64,000 bases of DNA from Coprothermobacterota bacterium. GTDB lineage: Bacteria; Coprothermobacterota; HKB111. Made by a program: the position numbers and the translations under genes. Numbering within the stretch: position 1 is the stretch's first letter; every line of letters begins with the position of its first letter. The stretch covers positions 1 through 64,000 of the forward strand of contig JBBIUB010000005.1 of the NCBI GenBank assembly GCA_037440465.1. Reading direction: 5' to 3'. The notes beneath the pieces were generated by a model. The model was not told the DNA's origin, ran no database searches, and worked only from the letters and a program-made list of their open reading frames with translations. This document shows, in pieces, positions 40,041-51,132 of the stretch.

Positions 40041-40613
40041 TTATTGCTCCTTCCTTTCTTTCAACTTATTAAGAGAATACTCTCCAATAATAGTATACAC
40101 TGGTCCTGTCGGTTTAAGAATACTTTCAAATAATACGAGAAATAATACTTCAAATTTAATCATAACAGGTTCAATATCAGGAAGTGGAATTGTTCTACCT
40201 TCTTTCTTTGACCTCCCAATAGTAAAGTGTGGTATATACTCACGCTCATCAAAAGAAATATTTTTTCTTCTCAAATCTCTTGAAAGAAAATTATTTATCT
40301 TCTTTAAGTTTTCGGCACTTTCTCTGTCTTCAATATCCAAAAAAGCAACCCGGGGGTGTTTCAAAGAAGGAAAAGCTCCAAGAGTTGTAAGAGAAACATT
40401 GAAGGGTAAGAACTCTTTGCTCGTTTTTTCAAGTGTTTTTTTTATTTCTTCTACTTCAATAGGGTTCTTTTCTCCATAGAACTGAAGAGTTATATGTAAA
40501 TTGTCTTTAGATACCCATTTAAAATCTCTGTTTGTAGAAGATAAATTATCAAGAATAATACTAATCTCGTTACGAACTTTTTCCGGAACAGATATTCCTG
40601 AAAATACTCTCAT
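40041..40613 (-). CDS. thpR: RNA 2',3'-cyclic phosphodiesterase (2H family)
   Basis: Two HxT motifs (HITL, HFTI); [10 protein letters not shown]. Confidence 0.92.
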   Translation of the reverse strand: MRVFSGISVPEKVRNEISIILDNLSSTNRDFKWVSKDNLHITLQFYGEKNPIEVEEIKKTLEKTSKEFLPFNVSLTTLGAFPSLKHPRVAFLDIEDRESAENLKKINNFLSRDLRRKNISFDEREYIPHFTIGRSKKEGRTIPLPDIEPVMIKFEVLFLVLFESILKPTGPVYTIIGEYSLNKLKERKEQ

Positions 40614-41911
40614 ACAATTTTCCCTTTCAAATCAACTTCTTCAAATTTTGTTATCTGTACTTTGGTAAAGTCACCTATTTTAGGTTTTTCTTTAAAGGCT
40701 TTTATATAAACCCTGGCATCTACTTCAGGGGCATCCATATAACTTCTACCTGAAACTTCTTCCCCAGCTTCCTCCACTAAAACCTCTAACACTCTACCTA
40801 TCTGCTGCTTATTAAACTTCTCCCGTATTAATACCTGGGTATTTTGTGCTTCGTTAAGTCTTTTTACTAATAAAGAAGACCTAACCTTATCAAAGTAAAT
40901 AGATGATTCTGTTCCTTCTTCATCATAATATGGGAAAAAACCCACTCTTGGAATTTCCAGTTCTTTAAGACTATTCATTAAGAAATTGAAATGCTTTTCC
41001 TTTTCCCCCGGAAAGCCAACTATAAATGTGCTTCTCATAACTATTTCAGGTATGGCGTTTCTTAAATCCCTAATAAGGTTCTTTACAAAAGAATAACCAT
41101 ATTTTCTCCCCATAAGTTTCAAGATATCATCATGAGTATGTTGTAAAGGAATATCTAAATATTTAACTATCTTTTTTTCAGAAGCTAAAACAGAGATAAG
41201 TTGGGGTGTAATTCTTGTTGGATAAATATACATAACCCTTAACCAGAAATTATATGGAAGAGATGATATTTTTTTTAGTAATTCAGCAAGCTTTAATTCC
41301 CCATAAAGGTCATAACCATAAAGCCCGCTATCTTGAGAAACCAGAATTAATTCCTTAAAACCTGACTTCAAAAAATGTTCACCTTCTTTTACAATTTCTT
41401 CTATCTTTCTACTCCTGTAGGAGCCTTTTATATATGGAATAGTACAGTAACTACAGTGGTTATCACAACCTTCTGAAATCTTTAAATAAGAATAGGGATA
41501 TGTAGATGAAAGAAAATGCTCTCCAGATGAATAAATTAGACCTTTATGCCCTTTCAAACACCCCGTAATATTTTCATGCATTAGCCGGGGTAAATCCGGT
41601 ATCAAACTGGAGCTTATGACAAGATCCAGACCTTTATATTTCTTCCAGAAATCCTCTACAAACCTGTCAACCATACAACCTACAACTATCAATTTGAAAT
41701 TATATTTTGTTTTAAGTAATAATAAATCCTCTATCTCCCTAAGAGATTCTTCAACCGCAGGCTTTATGAAAGAGCAGGTATTTACTATAACAACCTCTGC
41801 TTCTTCTGCTAAGTTAACTGAAGACCAATTCTGAGGGTATAGAAGAGATGCTATTATTTCAGAATCTACTCTGTTCTTGGGACAACCTAAAGATGTAATT
41901 TGAAACTTCAT
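40610..41911 (-). CDS. rimO: Ribosomal protein S12 methylthiotransferase
   Basis: SLGCPKNRVDSE, NTCSFI, CxxxCxxC, DAPEVD TRAM region. Confidence 0.94.
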   Translation of the reverse strand: MKFQITSLGCPKNRVDSEIIASLLYPQNWSSVNLAEEAEVVIVNTCSFIKPAVEESLREIEDLLLLKTKYNFKLIVVGCMVDRFVEDFWKKYKGLDLVISSSLIPDLPRLMHENITGCLKGHKGLIYSSGEHFLSSTYPYSYLKISEGCDNHCSYCTIPYIKGSYRSRKIEEIVKEGEHFLKSGFKELILVSQDSGLYGYDLYGELKLAELLKKISSLPYNFWLRVMYIYPTRITPQLISVLASEKKIVKYLDIPLQHTHDDILKLMGRKYGYSFVKNLIRDLRNAIPEIVMRSTFIVGFPGEKEKHFNFLMNSLKELEIPRVGFFPYYDEEGTESSIYFDKVRSSLLVKRLNEAQNTQVLIREKFNKQQIGRVLEVLVEEAGEEVSGRSYMDAPEVDARVYIKAFKEKPKIGDFTKVQITKFEEVDLKGKIV

Positions 41912-42630
41912 CTACTTATAGGATGGTAAACTACATCTCTCCTTACTTCTCCCTCAGTACCCAGAGAAGGTTGTAATATACCATCTACCAAAACATTCAA
42001 TACACCTGCATTTCCTACCCATAATCGTACTTCTTTTTTACCCTTAAATTCATATTTCTCTCCAGGTGTAAGTATCTTCCGTAGAGCAGGAATCTCTTCT
42101 TCATCAACATTTACCTGGACCCAACAACGATCTTTAATCACTTCAATTTGTACTATAACTATCTTTTCCAAAGGAGGTTTAACTGGTTCAATATCTACAG
42201 GAGGTTCATTAATTGGTTTTTCATCTTCTGGAGGTTGGGTTGGAGCTATAACCTTAGGTTCACCATTATCAATTCCAATTAGAGATATATAACTTCTATA
42301 ACCGATAAAGAGTAATAAAAAAGTTAAAGATACAGCAATCAGGTAATGCTTTAAACCAGGACGTCGCGGATGCTTTGAAAATTCTAACTCTTCTTCCTCA
42401 TCTTCTTGAAAAGGCTGTGACTCAGCATCCTTTAATATTCCCAAGTACCTGGCATAGGTTCTGTAAAACAATTGAAAAAAATTAATATCTTCAAAAAAAG
42501 AGTAATCTCCTTCTTCCAGGGCTTTAAGTTTTCGGGTGTCTACTTGAATATCCGCTGAAACTTCTTCTATACTTTTCCCTGAAGCTCTTCTCCTTTCTTT
42601 CAACTCCTTACCAATTTCTATATAGTCCAT
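41908..42630 (-). CDS. rodZ: RodZ-like HTH-TM-DUF4115 protein
   Basis: HTH with YARYLG, central TM, CWVQV, GNAG. Confidence 0.85.
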   Translation of the reverse strand: MDYIEIGKELKERRRASGKSIEEVSADIQVDTRKLKALEEGDYSFFEDINFFQLFYRTYARYLGILKDAESQPFQEDEEEELEFSKHPRRPGLKHYLIAVSLTFLLLFIGYRSYISLIGIDNGEPKVIAPTQPPEDEKPINEPPVDIEPVKPPLEKIVIVQIEVIKDRCWVQVNVDEEEIPALRKILTPGEKYEFKGKKEVRLWVGNAGVLNVLVDGILQPSLGTEGEVRRDVVYHPISR

Positions 42631-42640
42631 AATTTCCCTC

Positions 42641-44257
42641 CTAATTAAAAGAAAGAACTACTACATAAGGTTGTCTTTTAAGTTTCCGAGAAAAAAATTG
42701 CTCTATAGATCTTTCCAGCTTCCTTTTATCAAGACCTTCCCGTTGGATATATGCTTTAATGTGATCTCTTAACTCACTAATAATAACCTCAGATCCCTTT
42801 TCATAAAGAAGGCCCAGCGCCTTAATCTCTGGAGGTTTAATAAAATATTTTTCATCCCCGGTTAGATGCAAGCCAACTATTACTACCCCTTCACGGGCTA
42901 ACACAGAGCGCTCTTTTAATACTACTTCTTTTAAATCACCTACTCCTAACCCATCTACATATATAGCGTCAAGGTTTATAGTTTTTATCACTCTTACTTT
43001 ACCCTCGTAGAATTCTACCATATCTCCATTCTTTAGAAGTATGACCCTTTTTGAGGGAACAAAATAATCACTGGCAAGTTTAGCATGATAAACCAGATGG
43101 CGTTCTTCGCCATGGACTGGTATAAAATAGTTCGGTTTTACTAAGCTTAAAAGAAGTTTTAACTCTTCTTGCTTTGCGTGACCTGATGTATGAACTCCAT
43201 GAGTATCAGAGTGAACAACCTCCACACCTCTCCACATCAAAGTATTAATAATGCGGTTTACGGTTCTCTCGTTACCTGGTATTGGGTCAGCAGAAATAAC
43301 GACCATGTCATCTTTCCCCAGCTGAATTTTTTTATATTCACCATTTGCCAGTCGTGACAGTACTGACATAGGTTCTCCCTGACTACCAGTAGTTAAAACT
43401 ACCAATTTATGGCGAGGAAATCTGTTGGCTTCTTCCATAGAAATAAAAATATCTGATTGAGACCTGAGATAACCCAGTCTTCTGGCGGTCTCCACAGTAA
43501 TCACCATAGACTTTCCATCTACCACAACTTTTCTCCCATGTATCTGGGCAATATCCAGAACTTGACTTATCCGTTGTACGTTAGAGGCAAAGGTGGTTAC
43601 TACTATAAGGCCTTTAAATCCTGAAAAAACATTATCCAATGCTTCTCTCACTGTGCGTTCACTCTTAACATACCCTGCTTCATCTGCATTAGTGCTATCA
43701 GAAGTAAAAAGAAGAACTCCTCTTTTCCCCCATTCAGTAAATTTTGTTAAATCTGTATATTGTCCATCAACAGGAGAGTTATCAATTTTGAAATCACCAG
43801 AATGAACTATCAGACCTTGAGGTGTGGTTAATGCAAACCCCACACCACCGGGAACACTATGGTTTACCTGGGCAAACTCAAAAGAAAATGGACCAAAATT
43901 ATATTTTTCATCAGGATTCAATATCATTAAATCTGCGTCTATACCGTGCTCCTTCAACCTGTGCTCAGCTAAGCCCAGAGTCAAAGTGGTTCCATAAACT
44001 GGAGCTTTGACTACTTTTAGAAGGTATGATAAAGCACCTACATGATCTTCATGCCCATGAGTCAGGATAATTCCTGAAACTTTCTTACCCTTTAGATAGG
44101 AGAAATCAGGTATGAGATAGTCAATGCCCAACTCTTCTTCACCGGGAAACTTAAGACCAGCATCAACAACTACTATCTGCCCATCATACTCCCAGATTGT
44201 TGAGTTTTTCCCTATCTCCCCTAATCCACCCAGGGGAATCATATTTAGTTTTTTCAT
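42641..44257 (-). CDS. rnj: Ribonuclease J
   Basis: PLGGLGEIGKN, THGHEDHVG, TGSQGEP, HTSGH, PVHGE. Confidence 0.96.
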   Translation of the reverse strand: MKKLNMIPLGGLGEIGKNSTIWEYDGQIVVVDAGLKFPGEEELGIDYLIPDFSYLKGKKVSGIILTHGHEDHVGALSYLLKVVKAPVYGTTLTLGLAEHRLKEHGIDADLMILNPDEKYNFGPFSFEFAQVNHSVPGGVGFALTTPQGLIVHSGDFKIDNSPVDGQYTDLTKFTEWGKRGVLLFTSDSTNADEAGYVKSERTVREALDNVFSGFKGLIVVTTFASNVQRISQVLDIAQIHGRKVVVDGKSMVITVETARRLGYLRSQSDIFISMEEANRFPRHKLVVLTTGSQGEPMSVLSRLANGEYKKIQLGKDDMVVISADPIPGNERTVNRIINTLMWRGVEVVHSDTHGVHTSGHAKQEELKLLLSLVKPNYFIPVHGEERHLVYHAKLASDYFVPSKRVILLKNGDMVEFYEGKVRVIKTINLDAIYVDGLGVGDLKEVVLKERSVLAREGVVIVGLHLTGDEKYFIKPPEIKALGLLYEKGSEVIISELRDHIKAYIQREGLDKRKLERSIEQFFSRKLKRQPYVVVLSFN

Positions 44258-44284
44258 ATAAATCTTACAGACCTGCTAAAGAAG

Positions 44285-46363
44285 TTAAGGCAAGTCTTTC
44301 TGGGTGAGATTAATCCTTCCTAAATTATCAATGTTGTTGACTTTCACTCTTATAACATCACCCACCTTAAATGCTGAACGTTGCTGACCCTCTGGAAACT
44401 CCATCTGAGATGAATGGAGAAGTCCATCTTTATTTGGTGCTATCTCTACAAATACTCCAAATGGCATAATCCGTGCTACCCTTCCTTCGTATAGTCCACC
44501 AACTTTAACTCCTCTAAGGATTGTTTCAACATAGGAGTAAGCCTTTTTAAGCGCTTCCTTACTGGGAGCAGTTATGTAACCTTTTCCGGTATTATCCTGT
44601 AAGTCTATCTGAGCACCTGTATCTTTGCTTATTTTACGTATAACCTTACCACCTGGGCCAATTAATTCGCCAATCTTGTCAGGTTCTATATCAAAAGAGA
44701 CTACATGTGGTGCATAAACAGAGAGATCTGGCCTTGGTTTTGAAATAGCTCTGGACATATTTTCAAGAATATACAAACGAGCTTCTTTAGCTCTGTATAA
44801 TGATTCTTTTATGACATTATCTTCTATGCCAGCTGTTTTGTTATCCAGCTGAATTGCAGTAATACCCCGGGAAGTGCCTGCCACTTTAAAGTCCATATCG
44901 CCAAGTGCATCTTCCACTCCCTGAATATCTGTCAGGATAACATATTTATCTCCTTCTTTTATAAGACCGATTGAGATGCCTGCTACCGGGTATTTTATTG
45001 GAACGCCGGCATCCATCAAAGATAAACAACCACCACATACAGAGGCCATAGAAGTGGAACCGTTTGATTCTAAAACTTCCGATACCAGGCGTATTGTATA
45101 AGGAAACTCATCTTCTTTAGGAAGAACAGGTATCAATGCCCGTGCAGCCAATACACCATGTCCTATCTCTCTTCTCCCGGGTCCTCTCAAGGGTCGAGCT
45201 TCTCCCACTGAGTAAGGATAAAAATTGTAATGATACATAAATCTTTTAAATTCGTCCAATCCCAAACCATCAATAAACTGAACATCCTGAAATGCACCTA
45301 AAGTGGTCACTGAGAGAACCTGAGTCTGACCTCTACTAAAAAGGCTAGAACCATGAACACGCGGGAGAATGCCTACTCTTGATTTCAATTCTCTTATCTC
45401 ATTAGGATGACGTCCATCGATTCTTTTATCCTGTGTGATTGTTAGAAGTCTGACCTGTTTTTTAAAATATTTATGAACAAGCTCTTTAACCTGACTTATT
45501 CTATTAGAGTCTTCATCACCTAATATGTCAACTGCTTCATCCAGCAGGAGGCTCATGGCATCTTCGCGCTGTAGTTTGTCGCTATTTATAAACTCTCCAC
45601 TGGCAAATCTTTCTTTTACGAACTCTCTGGCTTTTTTTTCCAGTTCAGGGTCAAACTCTGCCGGTGGTATAACCAGCTTTACAGGCTTAATCTCATCAGA
45701 AAGCTCTTCAATAAGGGATATAATAGGCTTAATGGCTTCTTTAGCAAGTTTAACACCTTCCAAAATTATTTCTTCAGAAAGTTCTATGGATCCTGCTTCT
45801 ACCATTACCACATCATCACTGGTGGCTGCTACAACCAAATCAAGGGTTCCAGAGTCTATCTCACCCGAAGTTGGATTCAGTATAAACTTATCGTCAACCC
45901 TGCCTACTCTAACTGCTCCTATAGTTTTATTAAAAGGTATGGGTGATATAGAAAGTGCTGCTGAAGCACCAATAATTGCTAGCACATCAGGAGGATTTTC
46001 ACCATCTACCGATAAAACAGTTACTACGACTTGAACATCATTTTTAAAATTAGGCGGGAAAAGAGAACGGATTGACCTGTCTATTAATCTCGCTTTAATT
46101 GTTTCTTCTTCGGTCGGCTTACCTTCCCTCTTAAAATAACCACCTGGAATTTTGCCTGCAGCGTACAATCTTTCACTGTAATCTACAATTAACGGGAAGA
46201 AGTCTTGCCCTTCCCGAGGTTTCTTTTCAGCTGTGGCTGTAACAAGGACCATTGTATCACCATAGCGAACCAACACAGCCCCTCCAGCTTGCCCTGCCAG
46301 AAGACCGGTACTTAACTCTAATCTCCTTCCAAATATATCTATTCCTTTTTTTATTTCATCCAT
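44285..46363 (-). CDS. pnp: Polyribonucleotide nucleotidyltransferase
   Basis: RREIGHG, SNGSTSMA, DMDFKVAG, KH and S1 domains. Confidence 0.97.
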   Translation of the reverse strand: MDEIKKGIDIFGRRLELSTGLLAGQAGGAVLVRYGDTMVLVTATAEKKPREGQDFFPLIVDYSERLYAAGKIPGGYFKREGKPTEEETIKARLIDRSIRSLFPPNFKNDVQVVVTVLSVDGENPPDVLAIIGASAALSISPIPFNKTIGAVRVGRVDDKFILNPTSGEIDSGTLDLVVAATSDDVVMVEAGSIELSEEIILEGVKLAKEAIKPIISLIEELSDEIKPVKLVIPPAEFDPELEKKAREFVKERFASGEFINSDKLQREDAMSLLLDEAVDILGDEDSNRISQVKELVHKYFKKQVRLLTITQDKRIDGRHPNEIRELKSRVGILPRVHGSSLFSRGQTQVLSVTTLGAFQDVQFIDGLGLDEFKRFMYHYNFYPYSVGEARPLRGPGRREIGHGVLAARALIPVLPKEDEFPYTIRLVSEVLESNGSTSMASVCGGCLSLMDAGVPIKYPVAGISIGLIKEGDKYVILTDIQGVEDALGDMDFKVAGTSRGITAIQLDNKTAGIEDNVIKESLYRAKEARLYILENMSRAISKPRPDLSVYAPHVVSFDIEPDKIGELIGPGGKVIRKISKDTGAQIDLQDNTGKGYITAPSKEALKKAYSYVETILRGVKVGGLYEGRVARIMPFGVFVEIAPNKDGLLHSSQMEFPEGQQRSAFKVGDVIRVKVNNIDNLGRINLTQKDLP

Positions 46364-46388
46364 ATAATTCTAATTGATTTTATAAAAT

Positions 46389-46658
46389 CTACCTCCTTAA
46401 ATTCAATCTATCAGTAAGCTTGATATATCTATCAAAATCTTTATCTTTGAGATAAGCCAATAACCTTCTCCTGCGCCCTACCATCTTCAATAAACCTCTA
46501 CGGGAATGAATATCCTTGTTATGGACCTTAAGGTGGGCAGATAGGTTTTTAATCCTCTCTGTTAAAAGAGATATCTGAACCTCAGGAGAACCTGTGTCTT
46601 TCACATGTACAGCATAATCGTTTATAAGTTCTTGTTTCTTATCTTTTGTAAAAACCAA
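46389..46658 (-). CDS. rpsO: 30S ribosomal protein S15
   Basis: [26 protein letters not shown]. Confidence 0.98.
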   Translation of the reverse strand: MVFTKDKKQELINDYAVHVKDTGSPEVQISLLTERIKNLSAHLKVHNKDIHSRRGLLKMVGRRRRLLAYLKDKDFDRYIKLTDRLNLRR

Positions 46659-46673
46659 ACTAAAACACCTCCT

Positions 46674-47594
46674 TTAAACTATCTTACTAACATATTCTAC
46701 CACAAAATCCGATGCAGAGTAAAAACTCAACTCATCTCTAATCTTATCCACATCGTCTTTGATAGCCAATGCTAAATCTTGAGGGGATGGAAATCTTCTT
46801 TCTTCCCTTAAAAAAGTTGTAGGATAAATCTCTAGAAATTCCCCCCTTAAATTTCCCTTAAAATCAAGTATATGCACTTCAGGTATAATCAGTTTACCAC
46901 CAAATGTAGGTGAATCTCCAATATTAAGAGCACCTTTATAAAGTTTACCTTTATAAAGAACCCATGCCGCGTAAACCCCTTGTGGGGGTAACAACTTAAA
47001 GGGAGGTATTCTCAAGTTAGCTGTTTCAAAGCCCAAGCTCGTTCCTCTCCCAATACCAGGGACAACATTTCCATAAATAAGGTAAGGATGACCAAGTAAT
47101 TTTGAAGCATCTGAGAGATCGCCAGATTGAATCAACCTCCGAATCTGAGAACTTGAGATGGGACCTTCTGATGATTCCCTGAGAGGAATTGCACAAGCTT
47201 CCAGTCCTTCCTTTTGAGCAAGCTTAACCAGTTCATAAGCTGTTCCACTTCTATTTTTACCAAAGGCAAAGTTCTCTCCAACAACTATCTTGGCTATTTC
47301 GCATTCCTCTATTAATATTTTCCTAAGAAATACTTCAGGGGTCATCAAGTTTACTTTTTCGAAATCTATAACTTTTATCTGTGGAACACCAACTCTTCTT
47401 AACAACAAAATCCTCTCATCAATGGAAGATAGGATAGAGGGAACTTTTTTAAGATACATAGCTGGTAAAGGGTCAAAAGTAATAGCAGAAAGAAGTAAAC
47501 CATATCTCAATGCAATATCTCGAGCTTGTGATATTAAATACTGATGACCAAGATGAACACCATCAAAAGATCCTATTACAGCTATAGATTTCAT
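46674..47594 (-). CDS. ribF: Riboflavin kinase/FAD synthetase
   Basis: GSFDGVHLGH, ISSSQIR, GF.TAN, EVHILDF. Confidence 0.95.
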   Translation of the reverse strand: MKSIAVIGSFDGVHLGHQYLISQARDIALRYGLLLSAITFDPLPAMYLKKVPSILSSIDERILLLRRVGVPQIKVIDFEKVNLMTPEVFLRKILIEECEIAKIVVGENFAFGKNRSGTAYELVKLAQKEGLEACAIPLRESSEGPISSSQIRRLIQSGDLSDASKLLGHPYLIYGNVVPGIGRGTSLGFETANLRIPPFKLLPPQGVYAAWVLYKGKLYKGALNIGDSPTFGGKLIIPEVHILDFKGNLRGEFLEIYPTTFLREERRFPSPQDLALAIKDDVDKIRDELSFYSASDFVVEYVSKIV

Positions 47595-48592
47595 TTACAA
47601 GTATGCCTCCTCAAAAAATCTAATACTTCTTCTTCAATACTCTTTAGTTCCCCTTTTAGTGTAAAACCTGCTGCTTGAGGGTGTCCACCACCACCCCAGT
47701 TGGAAGCAAGTTGATTTACATCTATACTCCCTTTAGACCTCAAACTGATTCTAATACTACCAGGTTTAATCTCCTTAAATAGAATTGCTAATTTACAATT
47801 TTTTCTATTTCTAAAAAATTCCACAATACCTTCTGTATCTCCCTCACCTAGTCTCAACGAATTATAAACATTATTAGGGATAGAGCTCCAGATAAGACCA
47901 TGCTTCGCGTCTGTATTACTATGGAGTAGAGCATATCCCCACGCTCTAAACTGCCCATCAGTCATATTTTCTCTGACTCTTAAGTTTACTCTCGAAATGG
48001 AAGCTCCACATCTTAACAGAAAGCCAACTGTCTCCATGGTCTTTTCAGTAACATTTGGATATGAAAAATATCCCGTATCTGTCAATATGCCAAGCAAAAA
48101 AAGGTCTGCCACTTCCGGCAAAAACAAATCTTTCCCTGTTCCCTGCTTATTAAACATAAAAATTCTAGCCAAACCTTCGCAAGTAGAAGACCAGTTTGTG
48201 TCTACAAAGTTAAATTCTCCGAAATTTGTATTACTGACATGGTGGTCTATATTAAAGATAATCTTATCTTTAAGATAAGCATGTCTATTATTCAAGCCAC
48301 TCCTCGAAAGATCAGCCATATCTAAAAAAACTAAACTTTTATATTGTGGAGCTATCTCTTCTAATGATTCCATATAACTATGTTTTATAGCACCCATCAA
48401 TTCCCTGTATTGAATTGGAAGGGAAGAATGAAGATAAATTGACGATAAAAGACCCATATTATCTAAAAATGATTTAAGGCCAAATATTGCTCCCAGTGCA
48501 TCTCCATCTGGATTCTCATGAGTAATAATTAGAATTGGTTGGTTTTTTATTAAGAGTATTAAAAGATTATCAATTGCTTTTTCTGATATCAT
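47591..48592 (-). CDS. nrnA: DHH family phosphoesterase (NrnA-like)
   Basis: HENPDGDA, IDHH, TDTG, GGGGHPQAAG. Confidence 0.9.
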   Translation of the reverse strand: MISEKAIDNLLILLIKNQPILIITHENPDGDALGAIFGLKSFLDNMGLLSSIYLHSSLPIQYRELMGAIKHSYMESLEEIAPQYKSLVFLDMADLSRSGLNNRHAYLKDKIIFNIDHHVSNTNFGEFNFVDTNWSSTCEGLARIFMFNKQGTGKDLFLPEVADLFLLGILTDTGYFSYPNVTEKTMETVGFLLRCGASISRVNLRVRENMTDGQFRAWGYALLHSNTDAKHGLIWSSIPNNVYNSLRLGEGDTEGIVEFFRNRKNCKLAILFKEIKPGSIRISLRSKGSIDVNQLASNWGGGGHPQAAGFTLKGELKSIEEEVLDFLRRHTCK

Positions 48593-48914
48593 TTAGAAGT
48601 TTATCAATTTTAAACCCGCGTTCAATGGACTCATCGACCTCAAACCTAAGTTGTGGGATATACCTCGCTCTTATTCTTCTTGTTATTTCCCATCTTATAG
48701 AACCAGCCTCTTTGTTCAATGTTTTTATGGCCATAGCTTTTTCCTGCGAAGTACCATAAGTACTTATGTACACAAAAGCTTGCTTAAGATCTGCTGATAT
48801 TTCTACCCCAGTAACAGTAGTATGAGCCAGAGCCGGTTTTTCAAGCTCCTTGATTATAAATTCACCTATTTCTTTTTTAATAATAGATTGCATTCTTTCT
48901 TTTTTAAAACTCAA
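48570..48914 (-). CDS. rbfA: Ribosome-binding factor A
   Basis: TVTGVEISADL..A.VY, RYIPQLRF..D.S; TTG start at 48914 after GGAGG. Confidence 0.93.
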   Translation of the reverse strand: MSFKKERMQSIIKKEIGEFIIKELEKPALAHTTVTGVEISADLKQAFVYISTYGTSQEKAMAIKTLNKEAGSIRWEITRRIRARYIPQLRFEVDESIERGFKIDKLLNDIRKSN

Positions 48915-48916
48915 CT

Positions 48917-49204
48917 TTAAGCCTCCCAGACCTCTATTTCTTCTCCAATTACCTGGCAATCAAAGTTTTCCTCGAGAGAGTCTACGACATTATGAATTAA
49001 CCTATTAGCCAAGTCTCTGGAAGAAACAGCTCCAGCCATTTCTAAAACAGAGAAATTACAGGTATTTTGCCCATCAGCTTCAATAACTGATAGACTGTAA
49101 GCCTTCCGCATATAAGAAGTAATACTTTTCACAATATTGCGTTTATCTTTTAAGGTTCTCGTACCAGGGAATCTCAGTGCGACCCTACCAATACCCACAG
49201 CCAT
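48917..49204 (-). CDS. DUF503 (YlxP-like) protein
   Basis: TLKDKRNIVKS; position between infB and rbfA. Confidence 0.88.
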   Translation of the reverse strand: MAVGIGRVALRFPGTRTLKDKRNIVKSITSYMRKAYSLSVIEADGQNTCNFSVLEMAGAVSSRDLANRLIHNVVDSLEENFDCQVIGEEIEVWEA

Positions 49205-49209
49205 TATAA

Positions 49210-51132
49210 CTACCCACTCTGTTTAACAAAAAACTCTATTTCGTCCCCTTCACGAATTTCCTGATAACCTTCCAAGCGTATTCCGCACTCCATTCCCTCG
49301 GGAACCTCTTTGATATCTTCCTTAAATCGCTTTAGCGATGCTATTTTTGTCTCTCTTAAAACTATTCCATCCCTTATAATTCTTGCCTGACTGTTTCTAA
49401 GAACCTTACCTGAAATTACAACACATCCAGCAACAATTCCTATCTTTGGGACTTTGAAGGTAGCTTTTATTCGAGCTTTACCAACAATCTCTTCTTTTTC
49501 CTCTTTTGTTAGCGCACCTTTAAGTAACTCCTCAATATCATCTATTGCTTCATAAATAATCCTATGAATCCTTACAGGCACTTTCAATTCTTCAATAAGA
49601 TGCTGAGCAGGGGTGTCAGGACGTACATTAAAACCAAATATCAAAGCCTTAGAAGCATATGCCAGATTCACATCAGAACCAGTAATAGCTCCAACATCTT
49701 TGTGAATAACCACAGGTTTTACTTCTGTATAAGGAACTTTAGCAATTGACTGAACCAAAGCTTCCAATGAACCATGAGTATCTGCTTTTACCACCAGGTC
49801 TATTGTTTTTGATTCAAAGTCTTTTTTTCTTAGGAATTCGCTCAAGGTATGTGCAGTATTCAGCGCTGAAGTAATAAAAGACTTTTCTCTTGAATCTATA
49901 GTCTCTTTAGCCTCTTTGATATCAATTCCACTGAGGATAGCACCAGCTGTTGGAACATCTTCCAATCCACTTACTTCAACAGGTTTCGAAGGGTAAGCTT
50001 CCTTCAATGGACGACCTAAACTATCAGTTAATGAGCGTATTTTGGCAACTTTACCCTCAACATGAACATAGTCGCCTACCACCAGTACTCCTTCTCTAAG
50101 AATTAGAGTAGCAAGTGGTCCTTTTCCTTTATCAAGTCTTGATTCAATAATTACTCCAGTAGGTATGCCCTTAAAGTCGGTTTTTAACTCAAGAATATCT
50201 GAAAATGTAACAATCATATCCAGAAGTTCATTAATATTTTGCCCTGTTTTTGCTGAAACATCTACATAAACTGTTTTACCACCCCATGTATCAGGCATAA
50301 GGTCATGTTTAGAAAGTTCTTGCCTTACCTTCTGCGGGTCTGCACCTGGCTTATCTATCTTATTTACCACTACCATAACAGGTACATTAGCTGCTTTTGC
50401 ATGGTTCAAAGCTTCTATTGTTTGAGGTTGGGCTCCTTCATCAGCAGCTACAACAAGCAGAACAAGGTCTGTAATCTTCGCTCCTCTTGCACGCATAGCT
50501 GTGAAGGCTTCATGACCCGGAGTATCAATAAAGGTAATGCTTCTATCCCCTATCTTCACTTCGTAAGCTCCGATTCTCTGGGTAATCCCACCTATCTCTC
50601 CATTTGCTACAGCAGTATGACGAATCGCATCCAACAAAGTGGTTTTACCATGGTCTACATGCCCCATAACTGTAACGACAGGTATTTTAGAGATAATCTG
50701 CTTCTCCTGTCTCTCCTGAGCTTTAGGTTTAGTAGGAATAGTCACCTCGGGTTGAACCAAAGCAAATCTAATATTTAATAACTCGCTTATCTTTTTAATA
50801 TCAACCTGATTGAGTGCTTTACCAGCGTTTATAGCCAGTCCCTTTTTAAGAAAATCCGTCATAAGCTCAGTCAAGTTCTTATTAACAGCTATTGCGATAT
50901 CTTTTAAGGTTGCACTATTAGGTAGGTTAATAATGTTAGGTTCTTCGTTAATAACCGAAGAAGGTACTTCTATCTTTGGAGATAACAGTTCAATAACAAT
51001 ATGCGCAGTATCTTCATCAATAGATGATAAGGACCCTGAAACATTAGCCCCTAATCCACTTAAGACTTTGAGGATCTCTTTAACATCCAGATTACATTCC
51101 TTAGCCAATTGGTATATCCTTACCTTACCCAT
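49210..51132 (-). CDS. infB: Translation initiation factor IF-2
   Basis: MGHVDHGKT, DTPGHEAF, NKID, SLKRFKED; start at ATG 51132. Confidence 0.97.
   Translation of the reverse strand: MGKVRIYQLAKECNLDVKEILKVLSGLGANVSGSLSSIDEDTAHIVIELLSPKIEVPSSVINEEPNIINLPNSATLKDIAIAVNKNLTELMTDFLKKGLAINAGKALNQVDIKKISELLNIRFALVQPEVTIPTKPKAQERQEKQIISKIPVVTVMGHVDHGKTTLLDAIRHTAVANGEIGGITQRIGAYEVKIGDRSITFIDTPGHEAFTAMRARGAKITDLVLLVVAADEGAQPQTIEALNHAKAANVPVMVVVNKIDKPGADPQKVRQELSKHDLMPDTWGGKTVYVDVSAKTGQNINELLDMIVTFSDILELKTDFKGIPTGVIIESRLDKGKGPLATLILREGVLVVGDYVHVEGKVAKIRSLTDSLGRPLKEAYPSKPVEVSGLEDVPTAGAILSGIDIKEAKETIDSREKSFITSALNTAHTLSEFLRKKDFESKTIDLVVKADTHGSLEALVQSIAKVPYTEVKPVVIHKDVGAITGSDVNLAYASKALIFGFNVRPDTPAQHLIEELKVPVRIHRIIYEAIDDIEELLKGALTKEEKEEIVGKARIKATFKVPKIGIVAGCVVISGKVLRNSQARIIRDGIVLRETKIASLKRFKEDIKEVPEGMECGIRLEGYQEIREGDEIEFFVKQSG

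Noticed and set aside
45525..46034. 169-aa plus-strand ORF, and the other 60-160-aa antisense or alternate-frame ORFs such as 3423-3815, 50305-50778 and 50810-51208
   Set aside because: Shadows of well-conserved genes (pnp, ntpB, infB); low-information sequence with no recognisable motifs
46744..46752. DnaA box TTATCCACA
   Set aside because: Single copy inside ribF with no cluster or origin context
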